DNA of 63,894 bases from Rhynchobatus australiae (GCA_034780895.1 JAUZTB010000017.1:27235877-27299770); one strand, 5' to 3'. Numbered from the stretch's first letter, positions 1 to 13,019 are shown. Notes: generated by a model not told the origin, from the letters alone. Program-made: numbers and translations.

Positions 1-4
1 AAAA

Positions 5-236
5 GTCAGTTTATTGTCATATGCAGAAGTACATGTATGCACAGGTGCAGTGAAAAACTTATGTGCAGAAGCATCACAGGCAAATAGTATCAGATAAACA
101 GCATTCACAAGAAAAACATAACTTAAACATAAATTATACACAATTTTTATAAGAAAGAACACAATTAGAACAAAGTCCAGTGTAGTGCAAAATGTTCAAA
201 GTAGTCTTTGTGTTGAGATACTGAGGTAGTGATTAG
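5..236 (-). mobile_element. 3' UTR fragment of a Rex1/Babar-type LINE
   Basis: Starts with tttattgtcatatgca...tacatgtatgcacaggtgcagtgaaaaactt, the reverse complement of a ...tgacaataaa LINE tail resembling those at 19490-19685 and 28490-28684. No coding part is present, so the family call is by recognition. Confidence 0.5.
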
Positions 237-926
237 TGCTTAGAAAGCATCTCTAAGATGTATAAAACAGATTTTAAATTTGAGTTTTCTGAGTAACTAT
301 GAGCATGGAACTGAACTAAGCCAAGTTAAAATCTGAAACCAGCTATTGTGCTGAATGAATAGCTTTGAAAATATAGGCTCTGTTTCACTTAATGGAGCTT
401 TAAGTCCCATTTTACCTTAGGACCAGAAACAAGAGCAAGCACTGATAGCTGGCAAAAGGTGAAAGAAAAAGATTTTAGGGCTAGTTATGTGCTAACCATT
501 GTTGAGATTATTTAGTAATAAGAAATGCCCTTCCTTGAAATGACAATGGAGCAAAATGGTCAGAGTAATTTACAAATGAATGTACTCCATACTGAATGAA
601 AAATCTGGGACTCTCCAGGCCAAACATCAGTGTATGTACTTGGCAGATGCTTTTGATTGAAATTTGCTCTTCTAGATTTATAGGAAATTCGTGTATTTTA
701 CATGGAAACATTAGTGCAGGATTAAGAACAAAATCTTCAGCCTTGACATGCATGAACCTTTGCTGATCTTACCTTAAAGGGATGTGAAGCTCAAAGTCCA
801 TGTCAACATTCAAGAGTTTAATAGAAGTAAAATCCATTGAATTCAGTTAATTCTTTGAACTCTCTCTGAATACAATGAATTAATATACTGAAATTCTCCT
901 TACACTGCATTCTAGTAAATCATGAA

Positions 927-1244
927 GGCACAGTAGTGCAGCTGGTAGAGCTATTGCCTCACAGCTCCAGTGACCTGGGTTCATACTTGACCTCCAATGC
1001 TGCCTGTGGGAGTTTGCATGTTCTCCCTGTGACTGTGTAGGGTTCCTCTGGCTGTGTCGGAATTTCCTCCTACACTCCAAAGTATAGGTCGGTAGATTAA
1101 TTGGTCACTGTAAATTGCCTCTTATGTTGGTAGGTAGTACAATTAATAGGACTATGGGGAGACTAGGTTACAGAGAAAACTAGTGGGGGTAGGATTGTTC
1201 TCTGAGGTAGCACAGACTCAATTGTCGTAATGGCCTCTTGTATG
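927..1244 (+). mobile_element. tRNA-derived V-SINE (HE1-like)
   Basis: tRNA-like head with A box (tagtgcagctgg) and B box (ggttcatact). V-core: gtgggagtttgcatgttctccctgtgactgtg...tttcctcctacactccaaag...ttaattggtcactgtaaattgcc. CR1-like tail (gactcaattgtcgtaatggcctc). Paralogs at 37806 and 59111. Confidence 0.85.
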
Positions 1245-1422
1245 AGGTAGACTTACTGTGGGAATACAAAATGATATTCTTTCTCAGTTTCCTATCAACC
1301 AAAGAAAATCTAAGGCTTTCCATTTTTCAGTTCTACTTCATAATGTTGACTATGTTTATTTTGCCTTAAAAATGGAAAAAATCTGGCACTGTTTTTGAGT
1401 TGAATATATTTGGCATTTAAAG

Positions 1423-1500
1423 GACATGGCCTCACTACCAAGGCCAGCATTTGTTGCTAATCCCCAGCTAGCCCTGAGAAGGTGATGATGTGTTGGAACC
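1423..1500 (-). mobile_element. 3' terminal fragment of L2/CR1-clade LINE
   Basis: aaggccagcatttgttgctaatccccagctagccctgagaaggtgatg matches the tail of the larger copy at 62285-62400. Confidence 0.6.
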
Positions 1501-3582
1501 ACGGAGATAACAAGGATGGAGCTATTCTTTCAGACTCGCATCTCAAACTCACGTGCCATGGTTGCATGTTTTAGTCATTTCTAATTTGTACTGAGATTGT
1601 TCCCCAGTGTATTGCTTCAGAATTCTGTTGTATGACATGAGCAGGTTAATTCAATTACATACTTTATTGTTCTGTTCCTTCTTATTTCTCTTTTCACACC
1701 CAAGGGACCATGAAATTAATTGACTTTTCAGGTTGGCCTATTTTACTTTTCAAATATATTGGCAACTGGGCCCAAAGTTTTTTTTTTCTTCTGACCTATT
1801 CCACATACAGTGCAAAAAATTGAAATTGGATTGTTCTGTCGAAAATGGAATATACCTGTTAAAATAACACCCATTCTGTGACCCTTTCCAAATTCAAATG
1901 CATCAGTAACAAGAATCTTCCAAGTAATTGTGTCAATGATTGAACCATAGCAATATTGTGATTGGGTCACAGCCAGAAAATATCGTTGCTTGGACATAAG
2001 CCAAGCCATCTTGAATCAAATTATCAATGGGTAACACAAGAGCAAGAGTAAGGCTCCTGGATGAATTCAGAAGCAGTGAGAGATGAACGTATTCTAGCAA
2101 TTAGGTACAAAAACTGATAATCCTCAGGCTGTCTGTGAATCGGACCCAAGAGGGTCTGTGAAATATGCAAGCCTTGTCTTCTTATAAATATTGAACATTA
2201 AAATGAAATGTTTAGTAGCGTAAACCTATAGCCTAATTCACAGTAATGACCAGAATTGTTTTGTAGCAGCAATAGTTTGAAATGCATGCAGTCCTGTTGC
2301 ATTGTAGCCATTTCTCCAAAAAAAAGCAGGCTCTTCTAAATCATGCTCCTCCCAATGAAAAAATCTGGTATAGATTTTGTGACGAAGGCAATGCCCCTGT
2401 AAACCTGTGTTAAAATTGCAGTAGTGAAGAACTAATAATTTTGATTTTTATGGAATTTGCTACTTTCCTTCAATTTTCCACTGCCATGTGAAAGATTTGC
2501 ACCTCAGAAACTGATAATAAATGAAGTCTCTATCCTATACAGTCTTTACTTGGCTCTCACCAAATGATTGGATAGTTTCCATGTAGAAATAAAAGACAGG
2601 TTTAATGTTCTAGTATATGTACCTTGATATATAAGATCACATTGTCAAATTATTTGTAGATATTTCATATATATCCTTACTAAGACTGGTTTAAAAATGA
2701 AGGATTTAAAATTGTTCAAATTCCTACTCAGATAGGCAAAGAGAATACTGAAGTGTAGTGTGCAATAGAAAGGTTTCATAAAAGGACAGGATTTGCACGC
2801 TAGAATCATGAAATGATAATGACTTATTCTGTATGAATTAACACTACTGCAAATTATTGAGTGCTCTGTCACATTTTTAACTTATAATGAAGCTGCCCTT
2901 TTTTATTTAAAGGTTTCAGTTAATAGGATTTGGGAATAAAGAGGAATGTATTTTGGACTGCAATTTTCTGCAAATTAAGGCTTTTTGCATTTATATGGCT
3001 TTAACATTCTCTGGTGTACTGGTGGGGATTTCTTTAATGGGAAGCTGGAAGCAAAGTGCTGCAGAGTTAGCCTGTAACCTTCACAAATGGATGTTTTCTG
3101 ACCTTGTGGTTGAAGTATTACTTTGTATTTTATTTATTGCTGTCAGTTTGTTTGGTATGGTTTAGCCAGATAATTCAAGGTCCCATTTTAACATGGCACA
3201 TGATAATTACTGAAAACTGTATCATAGTGCTAACTGTGCAACAAATGTTCCCTGTGACGTGTACAGCCCTGTTCCCATATGTCTTAATGCTTGTCTTCTA
3301 CGTCATGCCTGCCGAGGACATAATTTGAGGTATCTCAGTTAAAAGTGGTGAACCTCAGGGCATCACTCAACATGCTGATGACAATGTTTTGCATAACCCA
3401 GCAATGTTTCAAGTATCATGCAGTCTGTCGAAACTTTCAGGATACATATCAGCTCTGTTTCTTACCCTGCCTGCCTTGCTGCACAAAGGTTTGCTCGGAG
3501 GCATTCAAATTATGCCAAATACATGTGCAATATGCATGTGGAAACAATTCCTGATCTTGCAGTAGTATGCAGCAGAGTTTCA

Positions 3583-3832
3583 AGTGAAAGTTTAAAGGAA
3601 ATTTATGAGGCAAGATTTGTACACTGAGGGTGGTGGTGGGTGCCTGGAATGTGCTACTTGGGAAGGTGGTAGAAGCAGACATAATAGCAACTTTGAGGAG
3701 GCACATGAACAGGCAGGGAATAGAGGGAGATGTGCTGGCAGATGGGATTAGTTTAATTTCGCATCATGGTTGGCGCAGACATGATGCACCAAAGGACCTG
3801 TTCCTCTGCTGTACTGTTCTATGTTCCGATGT
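3583..3832 (+). mobile_element. CR1/HER1-like LINE 3' end
   Basis: Encodes VVGAWNVLLGKVVEADIIATLRRH (CR1 ORF2 C-terminal WNxLP motif region), then a tail ending cctgttcctctgctgtactgttctatgttc. Confidence 0.75.
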
Positions 3833-4767
3833 ATGTTTCTGCTAAGAGTGAAAGGAGAATAAGCAAAGAACAACTTCTGTGTTAGGTGGTGGAGGGAGAG
3901 TGTCGGCTAAACTTGTGAAAAGAGGTCAGTGAGTGGGGAAGTGAGTGGACAGCTTCGCTTTCACTGTGGAGATCTTAAAAACAATCAGAAAAGAAACGGA
4001 CAGATTTAGCCACAGTAAGCAGTTTTGTTGCAGGAGTTGAGGGAAAATCCTCAAATCTTTTCATTGCTGTCTTTACAATGAAGATAAAAAAAACTTGAAT
4101 GTAAAAATTTGGCAGACAATTGACACAGTGCAAGATCAAAGAAACAGTTATATGATACTGATCACAGGCTAAAAATTCAACGGTGGAGCACAACATTTTC
4201 TTGTGCCACATGAAGGAATTAATATAAAATCCAATTATGTATTTTTGAAAATTTGATCTGAATCTTCTTAGTGTGAGATGCATTAATGCATAGAAGCTGC
4301 TCGACAACCATAATGAAGCCACCCAGTAAGCAAAGCATGTTTTGATGCCACCTATGCAAAATCCTTTGCACTTCTGAGGTCTGTAAATGAGGCAGGCCTT
4401 AACTGAAGAGTGCTCCAGCATTGGTTAAAGAGGAGCAGTCTTAGCTGGTCCATTCCTGGGGAGTTTGAGGCATTGACCAGGTGGGTAGATCCTCCTTATG
4501 AATTGTGCTTGGTGTCCACCCACTCTCCAACNNNNNNNNNNNNNNNNNNNNNNNNNNNNNNNNNNNNNNNNNNNNNNNNNNNNNNNNNNNNNNNNNNNNN
4601 NNNNNNNNNNNNNNNNNNNNNNNNNNNNNNNCCCCCATGTCCGATTATCATTTTTGGGCTCCTGTTTGCATCTCTGACTACTACCCCTACTCTCTCCCCA
4701 CCTCCCATTGAACATATGTCCAAAACTCTACCTTTTAACCAACTGCTTATCTTATCCTCAATTTCCT

Positions 4768-4933
4768 TTCATAAGATGTCTGTTTCTCCAGTACCACTTT
4801 CATCAGTGTCCCTTCCCATAGTGCCCAATTCCCCTGAGTGCCTTCCCTCTAAAGTTACCCCCTTCCTTTGTTACCTGTGACCATCTGCTCTGACTGCTGG
4901 TTTGATCCTAGAACTGCGCCCAGGTCTTTCACA
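4768..4933. repeat. 166-bp direct repeat, copy 1
   Basis: Ungapped match to 6145-6310 with about 14 substitutions (about 92% identity). Confidence 0.95.
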
Positions 4934-5109
4934 ATCCCTCTGCCAACAGTGGCAGGGCCATATGGAGGAGTTTGTGAAGGAAAAGCCTTTGTGTGTTTTT
5001 CTTCATGTGCTAGACCTGTTCTATTACATACCACACTTGACGATATGGGATATTGCGCTGTGAAAGCTTGTACAAAACTGGCGTGGGTTCCACTCATTGT
5101 GTTGTTCTT

Positions 5110-5330
5110 TAGGGAGTAAAGATTTTATTGGCCGGACACTGGGGATAACTCCGTACTCATGTTCTAAAAGACACTGTGGGAGATCTTTTATATTCACTTG
5201 CGAGGCCTTCACAGGATGGCACAGACTTCCCTCATTGCTGAACTGGAGCAGTCAGCCCACATCTTTATGCTCAAGTCGCTGGAGTGGGATCCAATCCCAA
5301 AACCCAGTAACAGAGGCAAGACAGCTAATG
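5110..5330 (-). mobile_element. DeuSINE (SacSINE1-like) fragment
   Basis: gccggacactggggataactcc...gatcttttatattcacttg...ctcattgctgaactggagcagtcagcc...gctcaagtcgctggagtggga is the reverse complement of the head and Deu-domain seen at 19750-20195. Confidence 0.65.
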
Positions 5331-5741
5331 AGATGGAATGTTGGAAGAAGCCACCAAAATTTTCTGCCTGAATGCCCTTTAATTGGAACTATGTTCAAAG
5401 TTATTCATGGACATCAGTTTTTCTGCCCTTGCTGGCTACTTCAGTTTATCATTTGAAGCTGATGGTCAATTTTTTCTGGTTTTCCAGGTTGACATCACTT
5501 ATCTTTCATGCAAACTGTTTGACAAAGTTCACCTGTAAGAAGGAAGCGTGCTTCATAATTATCCTACTTGGCCTCAGCACTGAATTACTTTGAAGTGCAG
5601 GACTTTGCTGATTGGTGAATCTGACAGACCTAGTTGTTAGCTAGGACACAAGGCAACCATATTGATGTGGAGCCTTTAACATCACAGTGAAACAGCAGTC
5701 TTGGCAGATGCAATCTTAAGTTTGGAACACATGGAAATGGA

Positions 5742-5832
5742 AAGTTTCACCCTAATTATTCAACATATTAACTAACTTGGTTGAACTTGAGTACTGAGCT
5801 AGTTAATATGTTGAATAACTAGGATGAAACTT
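5742..5832. repeat. 91-nt hairpin / inverted repeat
   Basis: Arms 5742-5774 and 5800-5832 are complementary at 31 of 33 positions, with a 25-nt partly pairable spacer. Confidence 0.9.
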
Positions 5833-6144
5833 CGGCAAATTAAGTTAAAACTCTGTGTCATTTGAAATGAGAATAACCAGACAGCACCATGATAGCCGGC
5901 ATTATAAGGCAAATAGGTAGCAAACTACAGAGAGCGTATGAAATGAATTTATTCCTGGAAGGCAACCAGGAAAAATGAATCGACAGCAATTTCTCATTCT
6001 GTAAACCGTATCACATCTTGTGAGCCGTTAAATAGATATTTGGGGTCAGTGGTGAAGGATGGTTCTTGCTGCTGGCCCCAAAGGCTCATGCTCATCAACA
6101 TTAAGTGGACTTTGTGGTTTCTACTTCCTCTTTTCTGATGTGAC

Positions 6145-6310
6145 TTCATAAGATGTCCATTTCTCCAGTACTGCTTTCATCAGTGTCCCTTCCCTTAGTG
6201 TCCCATTCCCCTGAGTGCCTTCCCCCTAAAGTTGCCCCCTTCCTTTGTTACCTGTGACCACCTGCTCTGACTGCTGGTCTGATCGTAGAACTGCTCTCAG
6301 GTCTTTCACA
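6145..6310. repeat. 166-bp direct repeat, copy 2
   Basis: Ungapped match to 4768-4933. Confidence 0.95.
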
Positions 6311-6679
6311 GTCAGATGTCTTACGGGATTCATGGCATCAAAACACAATGAGAAGGCTGAGAAGCCAATCAGATTGCAAAATTCTGACAAGCTGGTGTAT
6401 AACAAGCTGGAGTTTAACTTAGCATGTAAAAGTTTTTACAGAAGGTGAAATAAAGATTGGGACACACAGATGGGATTAAAATAGAACATGGAATTTTTCT
6501 GAACAAAAGAAATATTTTAAGTATTTTTAAAATCATAGGAATTATAACTATTCTCAGTAAATAGCAGGCTAGCCATATCAAATTAATTTGTCCATGGCAG
6601 AGAGGTTATGCAACATAATTGTGGCTTACACATCTTGTTCAACAGATCTTAACAGTTTAGCAGAATAGTACAGAAGCAT

Positions 6680-6900
6680 AATGATTATGGAAGTGGTTTA
6701 GTAATCTAGAGGCACAACATAAAGATGCAGTGACATGAGTTCAAGTCTCAAGTACAAATTTAAATTGAAATAATTAAATAACCTTGAATTAAAGAGCTAG
6801 TGAATTGATAGTTTAAAAAAAAACCTAGTCGAATTATTTCTGGGTCTGGTCTATTTGTGACTGAAGACCATGGTTCCTGAGTCAAGCAAGGCTCATTTTG
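6680..6900 (+). mobile_element. degenerate tRNA-derived SINE
   Basis: tagtaatctagaggc...gacatgagttcaagtctca (B-box-like)...aatttaaattgaaataattaaata...ggtctggtctatttgtgact resembles a chondrichthyan SINE family. Heavily decayed. Confidence 0.4.
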
Positions 6901-8056
6901 AGGCTAATGAGGTTTGTGTATAAAGAATGAATAAAACAAATCTATGTAAAGGTGAGGCTCATGACAACTTCCTGAGCGCATCTGTAATGGCACAGCCTGT
7001 GGAGGAGTGGAGCATCACTGACCACAACCTCTCAATTTCTGTATGGGAAAGGTTGCTGACATTGCCATCAGATTTGTGCAGAAATTATGCTGAATGGTGA
7101 CAGACGTCAAAGTTAAAGCCAATAATTTTGACCAATCAGACTGCCAATAGTTATTATTTAATGTGGCTAAGAAGAAATTATGTTTTAGGCTTTTGTTTTT
7201 ATTGGAAGAGAGGAAGTTGTTTGCTAAAGTGTTGACAGGCCTTCAGGTGTTGACAGCCATTGAAAGCAAAGTGAGGCAGAGTAGGACCATCGTACCTTGT
7301 ATCTTAAATGGTACAAGAGACTGAACAATATGAAGAACATCTTCAGGCAGTCCTTTATTTCAGTATTGGATAATCTGTGGTAACGTGCAGGGTAGAGTGG
7401 CCCACAGTAAACATGAAAGACTGCCTGTCAATGGCACAACAGTGCTGCTAAAGATCACTTCAAAGGTTAGTTTCTTCACAGTCAAAATCTATGTATTTTC
7501 TGTTCTATATACTTGAATCCTAATTTCTGGTGAAGACATTAAAATAGATCTCCAAGACAATTTGGTTTTTGACAAATTTATCCAAACATTTTTAGGGTAG
7601 AAATTCCAACTTGATCAATATTTTATATTCCCAAATTATGTATCTTATGACATTAATAAATTACAGCAATCACCTTCTGTGCAAACTGCATATTTTCTGA
7701 TAAACATACTTGGATTTTATCTACAGTTCCATCTAAAAGTGGAGGAAAAATGTGCTGTAGACAGTGCTGTAGAAGACATCCCTCCACCCTAAGCAGCCTC
7801 AGACAGTTGCACTTCAGAGTCCTACATTTTTGCAGGGTGGTTCAATCCCAGGTCTACAATCTGCAAATGTCTAGATCCTTGGACTCTTCTACCACCTTTC
7901 ATTGGTCCCCACCTCTTGAGATGTTATGATGTCCCTGTTGGTCGTTGAAATTTTGGCAAGGGCTCATGTTGTAGTTCCAAGATTCTGCATCAGGACCACA
8001 GGGCTTTGTGGTGACATACCTTGCACTGACCTCTAGTTCATACATCTACAAAAACT

Positions 8057-8235
8057 ACCAAAGATGTCATCTACCAAAGACGTATGGGTTAGGAGTTGTG
8101 GGCGTGCTATGTTGGCGCCAGAGCGTGGCAACACTTGCAAGCTACCCCAGAACACTCTACACAAAGATGCATTTTACTGTGCGTTTCGATGTGCATGTGA
8201 CTAACAAAGAAATTTGATTATCTTATCTATTATCT
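8057..8235 (+). mobile_element. 5'-truncated V-core SINE with Rex1-like tail and 10-bp TSD
   Basis: ccaaagacgtatgggttagg (end of V-core)...agatgcattttactgtgcgtttcgatgtgcatgtgactaacaaaga followed by (atctt)n. The direct repeat tacaaaaact flanks it at 8047-8056 and 8236-8245. A second tail copy lies at 20924-21011. Confidence 0.8.
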
Positions 8236-9194
8236 TACAAAAACTCTGCTAAATAAATGTTCAAGCACAACCAAATCTTTATGAAGTACCCAGTTACAGA
8301 GACATGTGCATAGCAATGTCCAGTATTTTCTCTAAATTTCTGTTAGGAAATTAAAATATCAGGCAAACTGAACAGTACTTCACTATCTGAAATTCCTGGC
8401 ACTCTTCGTGGTCTGTCCAAGTGGGCACCCAACATCTTCCTCCAATTAGTCTTAATGCGGACAGACATATTGTAAACAGGCAATTCATGCTGGCACCTGG
8501 TAGCTAAATAATAAAAAAGGTAAACAACTTGTAATCCCAAAGGTGCGTTTTACTGCTGGTTTATTTTGCAGTATACCACAGAATTTTGAAATGTATTTTA
8601 TTTCAACCAATCAGAGAAAAATTGGGATAGATTTTTGGGTACAGAAGTGCACTTGGAGCTTCAAATTGTGACTGTGATGCACTTGAGAGGTGACTTGAAC
8701 CCTATGGAACAATGTGTGAGATGTTTGCACTTCAGCAAGGATGTCCTCATTGAAATCTGCTCTATGCTGTGCCTGCAGCAGCAACGTCAGGGTAGGGTAA
8801 GGACTATAATGCCGATGACTATCACTGACCGTGGCAATAAGCTTTTATGTTACAGTTTCTGCTTTTATTGTTGCTTATTGGAGGTTCATTATTAAGAGAG
8901 CTAATTGTATGCCTTTCTCTCTCATGAGATACCAACTGGTATTGTAGGCTTTTCAGTGGTGCAGTACATTCTTAACCGCACCCACATTGTTGTTAACTCT
9001 GTCCTACCTCAGAACTGAAAGGGATTTCATTCTGTACAAAACTGTGCTGAATTGATCTCAAACTCCTCCATGCACCTTGACAATGAAATGACAGCTTTGA
9101 ATGTGAATGCCTATCACCTGCCTCATAGCTCAGCATTTCTCACAGGATAGCCTTACATTGATTTGTGTGGAAAAGATTCTAAATTAAGGAATCA

Positions 9195-9945
9195 CTCAGT
9201 TGACCAGAGACCACCGCCCACACCCCTCCCCCCAATCACAGACTAATGATCATATCCCAACAACAGATCCTTACCAGTCCAAAGATCTAGCCACTGCCCT
9301 GGCAACTGACTCCACCCTGACCAAACAACGTACATCCTGACATCAGACCACCACTTCCAACCAAGAATCAACTTGCCGTTTATCCCCCACAACAGACCAC
9401 CATCCCTGAGTAAAGGTTGCACTCCCTGACTAAGGACCTCTGTTCCTAAACAGGCAGCACACCCCCCACTACAGATGCCTCATCAATCAGACTATCTTAT
9501 TACATACCCACACTCCTGAAAATGGATTGTATTCATGGACAGTACATCTTCACCTGACTGAAAATCACTGCCCAACACGACCATTAACACCCTACACCTG
9601 GTCAAAGATCACGTACCTTGGATCCAGACCCCAACTCTGCCCCAGGATCAGAACTCTGACTACAGACCCTCTCCCATAGCCAACGATTCACCCCGACTGT
9701 AAAACACCCACCCCAACCCACAAGTTAGCTGTCTGCTTCCCTGCTTCCCCCCCCATCCTGACCAACAATTCACCTCATTACTTATAGACTCCCTGGCCTG
9801 ACTAATGATTCATCCCATTGACAAGAGACCACCACTCTGATGATGCACCTCGCTGTCCACAGGCCAGCATCCCCAACCAACGATTCACCTCACTGACCAC
9901 AGACCCCCAACATTGACTGCAAATTTACCTCACTGGCAAGACACT
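9195..9945. repeat. degenerate C/A-rich minisatellite (about 20-bp period)
   Basis: Recurring ccctgac / ccactcc / agaccacc / cgattcacc motifs with strong C+A strand skew. Confidence 0.6.
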
Positions 9946-12900
9946 CAAAACATGACTGTTTATGTACCTTTGCAATCAATGTTATCTTTGAGTGCTGAGA
10001 CCAAGGATTATAATTATACCAGAAAGTAACACTGTTCTCTATGTGTGGTGTTTGTATAAATTGTCTGCCAGCACTGCTGGTCATGATGATTCATCCCTCT
10101 ACCATAAATATTTGAAACTTGGACATAAATTTACATTAAAATCCTTTATGTAGCTTTTTCCACTTGTTCTCCCCTCATTGACACAGGAAAGATCACCTTA
10201 TTTTGCTGTTTGGGTGGGCAGGAGATTAACCCTCCACAGAGCTGAATTCACATTTTAGGATTCCTGAGCTGAAATGTAAAGAGAGAATAATGTAGCTCAG
10301 TAGAAGGTTGTAGTGTAGAGGAATAATGTCCTCACATTGTCCAGCCCTTGCATTCACCGTGTTATGTTATTGTCAGACTGGAAGGTGTGCTGGGTGTTTT
10401 CTGTGTTTGTGAAGCCTGATATTGAATAATATTAGAATTGATTTTGTTGTCACTTTAATATTTGTATTAAGGATGAACGTTAAATCCCTGATGTACCAGC
10501 AGCACCCACATCCTGTGAGTGAAGAAAAATAAATCTTTGAAATTTTTTAAAATCAGCAAACAGAATTTCAGTGCTACATTACTCTTTTCATCCAGGAAAC
10601 TATGTTGAAATATTACTTTGCGGTATATTTGGAGGAAAATGATGTATGTTAACTGTTTCATTTTAGTGGACAGACTTTTGGTTTTGTACTCTGGTTATTG
10701 ATTTATTGAAGAGGGTGAAGTAGATTGTTTTAGATGATATTTTGTGATGGGAAGTCTGTGGAATGGAGGAATGTACACAACCAAAGTTGGCTGCCCTGTC
10801 ATAGCGCAGGCTGTAGCTCTGACTCTGGCAAGGGTTATAAATTAAATGGGGTGCTGCAATTACTCAGGTGGATGCAAGACCCCATGTTAGCAATGTTTGT
10901 TCTAAGGACTCTAGGTAACAGAGGCTGGCATCTCTTCTGGACATGAGCGTCCTGCCGTTCAGGTGGTTTGTATGGGTATCTCACTTGTTGCTGTCTACAG
11001 ACCAACTCTCTTGGAGTGGCTAGTGCCCAAAGCAGGACACTGCTATACACTTCATGCTGAGAAAATTTAATAGTGGTCATCAATGATTATATGTAGCTGC
11101 TCATTATGAATCTTTTGTTATAAAACAACACAAGAATAAGTTTAAACAGATAGACTTGCTGAGTTGCTATCGAATTTTATTCTTAGTCCCTTCCATGGGG
11201 GTCAGACCTGCCATTAGAGGGCATTTGGAGCATCTCTGTCTGCATTGAACCAAATCTTTAATACAAACTGTTTGCTATAGATATTGTGATAATCATAATT
11301 GCAGCCCCCTTTTCTTCCCTGCTCATAAAAGTATTAGGGAATAGATTTTCAGGGACTTTGTGTTGCTGTGCCAGAGGAACTGAGATGGAATTGCCCTTGG
11401 AGCCCCATTTATGGAACTATTCACTGCAATTTATAGTGGCTGAAAGTCTGGGGAAGCTCTGGGCCTACATAATTCTCCCACTAATAACTGGAAAGGCTAA
11501 TAACTTTCACTGAGGCATCAATTCAACAGAAGTACATTTTACTTTTGTTGCTAAGAAGGAGCAAATTATATTTTGTACTGTTTTTCTTACCAGCTTCATG
11601 ACTTCAGCACCAACTGAGCAATCCTGCAGAAGTAGGTGATACAATCACAGCACAGTGGGACACGGGCCCCAGCTAAATACAAGATTGGCACATTTGTTAT
11701 GAATATTTAGTTCTTAGCCAACAGCTTAATAACAAGTTGTTGTATTTCTGGAGGCGGCCTGTAAAATGTAAATGGTTATTACAGCCTGGATTTTTTGCCA
11801 GCTTCATTTTAAAGGTCTGGATTTCATTACAGAAGCACAGGAGACACAGCTGGAGTCAAAAATAGTGTCAGCTGTCCAATCCCCAATACTATGTTTATTT
11901 TCAGTTTGCTTTGCCAGTTTGGAAGATGTCAATGCACACTTTTAACATATTTTCCATTACAGGCCACAAAGACAAACAGGCATTTCGTGGAAGTGTTATT
12001 TTGAAATGTTTGTGTGTGGCACAGGGCTCAAACAAGTGTGGGAGAAGTGGAACAGGATACAAACAGCATTGCTGGACAGTTCATTTACATGGAATTGTCA
12101 CTCTGTGTGAAACTAAGGCAGTGCAATTACAGTAACAGTATGTTGTCATTATAATGGTGATGCCTGCATTATCCAAGATGGTAGAAGAATGTGATTCTAC
12201 TCTGATCTTTATAGCATGATTTAGGCAGATTTCACTTTGGAAGTTCTTCAGAAAAGTACTATGATTCAGGATGCATTTTCTTTTGCTCTCCTGGGCAGCT
12301 CTAAGCAGAAGCATGCATTTCTATATTCGAATTCTGGAAATTAAAGGTTAATAAAAAGTGTAATTGAAAATATGCAAAGCAAAAACCACTTTTTATCTCT
12401 TTAATCGTGTTTTTGTTCATACTTCTGAATTTACTACCCATTAAAATCCCAGGAGCATTTGTATTCTGGCAGGGTTTGTATGGTTTAACAGCCCAGGTGA
12501 TTTCAAAGCTTCTGTGATCACAGCCAATACTTCTNNNNNNNNNNNNNNNNNNNNNNNNNNNNNNNNNNNNNNNNNNNNNNNNNNNNNNNNNNNNNNNNNN
12601 NNNNNNNNNNNNNNNNNNNNNNNNNNNNNNNNNNNNNNNNNNNNNNNNNNNNNNNNNNNNNNNNNNNNNNNNNNNNNNNNNNNNNNNNNNNNNNNNNNNN
12701 NNNNNNNNNNNNNNNNNNNNNNNNNNNNNNNNNNNNNNNNNNNNNNNNNNNNNNNNNNNNNNNNNNNNNNNNNNNNNNNNNNNNNNNNNNNNNNNNNNNN
12801 NNNNNNNNNNNNNNNNNNNNNNNNNNNNNNNNNNNNNNNNNNNNNNNNNNNNNNNNNNNNNNNNNNNNNNNNNNNNNNNNNNNNNNNNNNNNNNNNNNNN

Positions 12901-13019
12901 NNNNNNNNNNNNNNNNNNNNNNNNNNNNNNNNNNNNNNNNNNNNNNNNNNNNNNNNNNNNNNNNNNNNNNNNNNNNNNNNNNNNNNNNNNNNNNNNNNNN
13001 NNNNNNNNNNNNNNNNNNN

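Noticed and set aside
927-1000. tRNA-like A/B boxes here and at 37806, 44466 and 19790
   Set aside because: No cloverleaf or acceptor stem. They continue into SINE bodies, so they are not tRNA genes.
8487-8503. CTCF-like motif (minus strand gctaccaggtgccagca)
   Set aside because: A single imperfect match in 64 kb cannot be supported without ChIP or conservation data.
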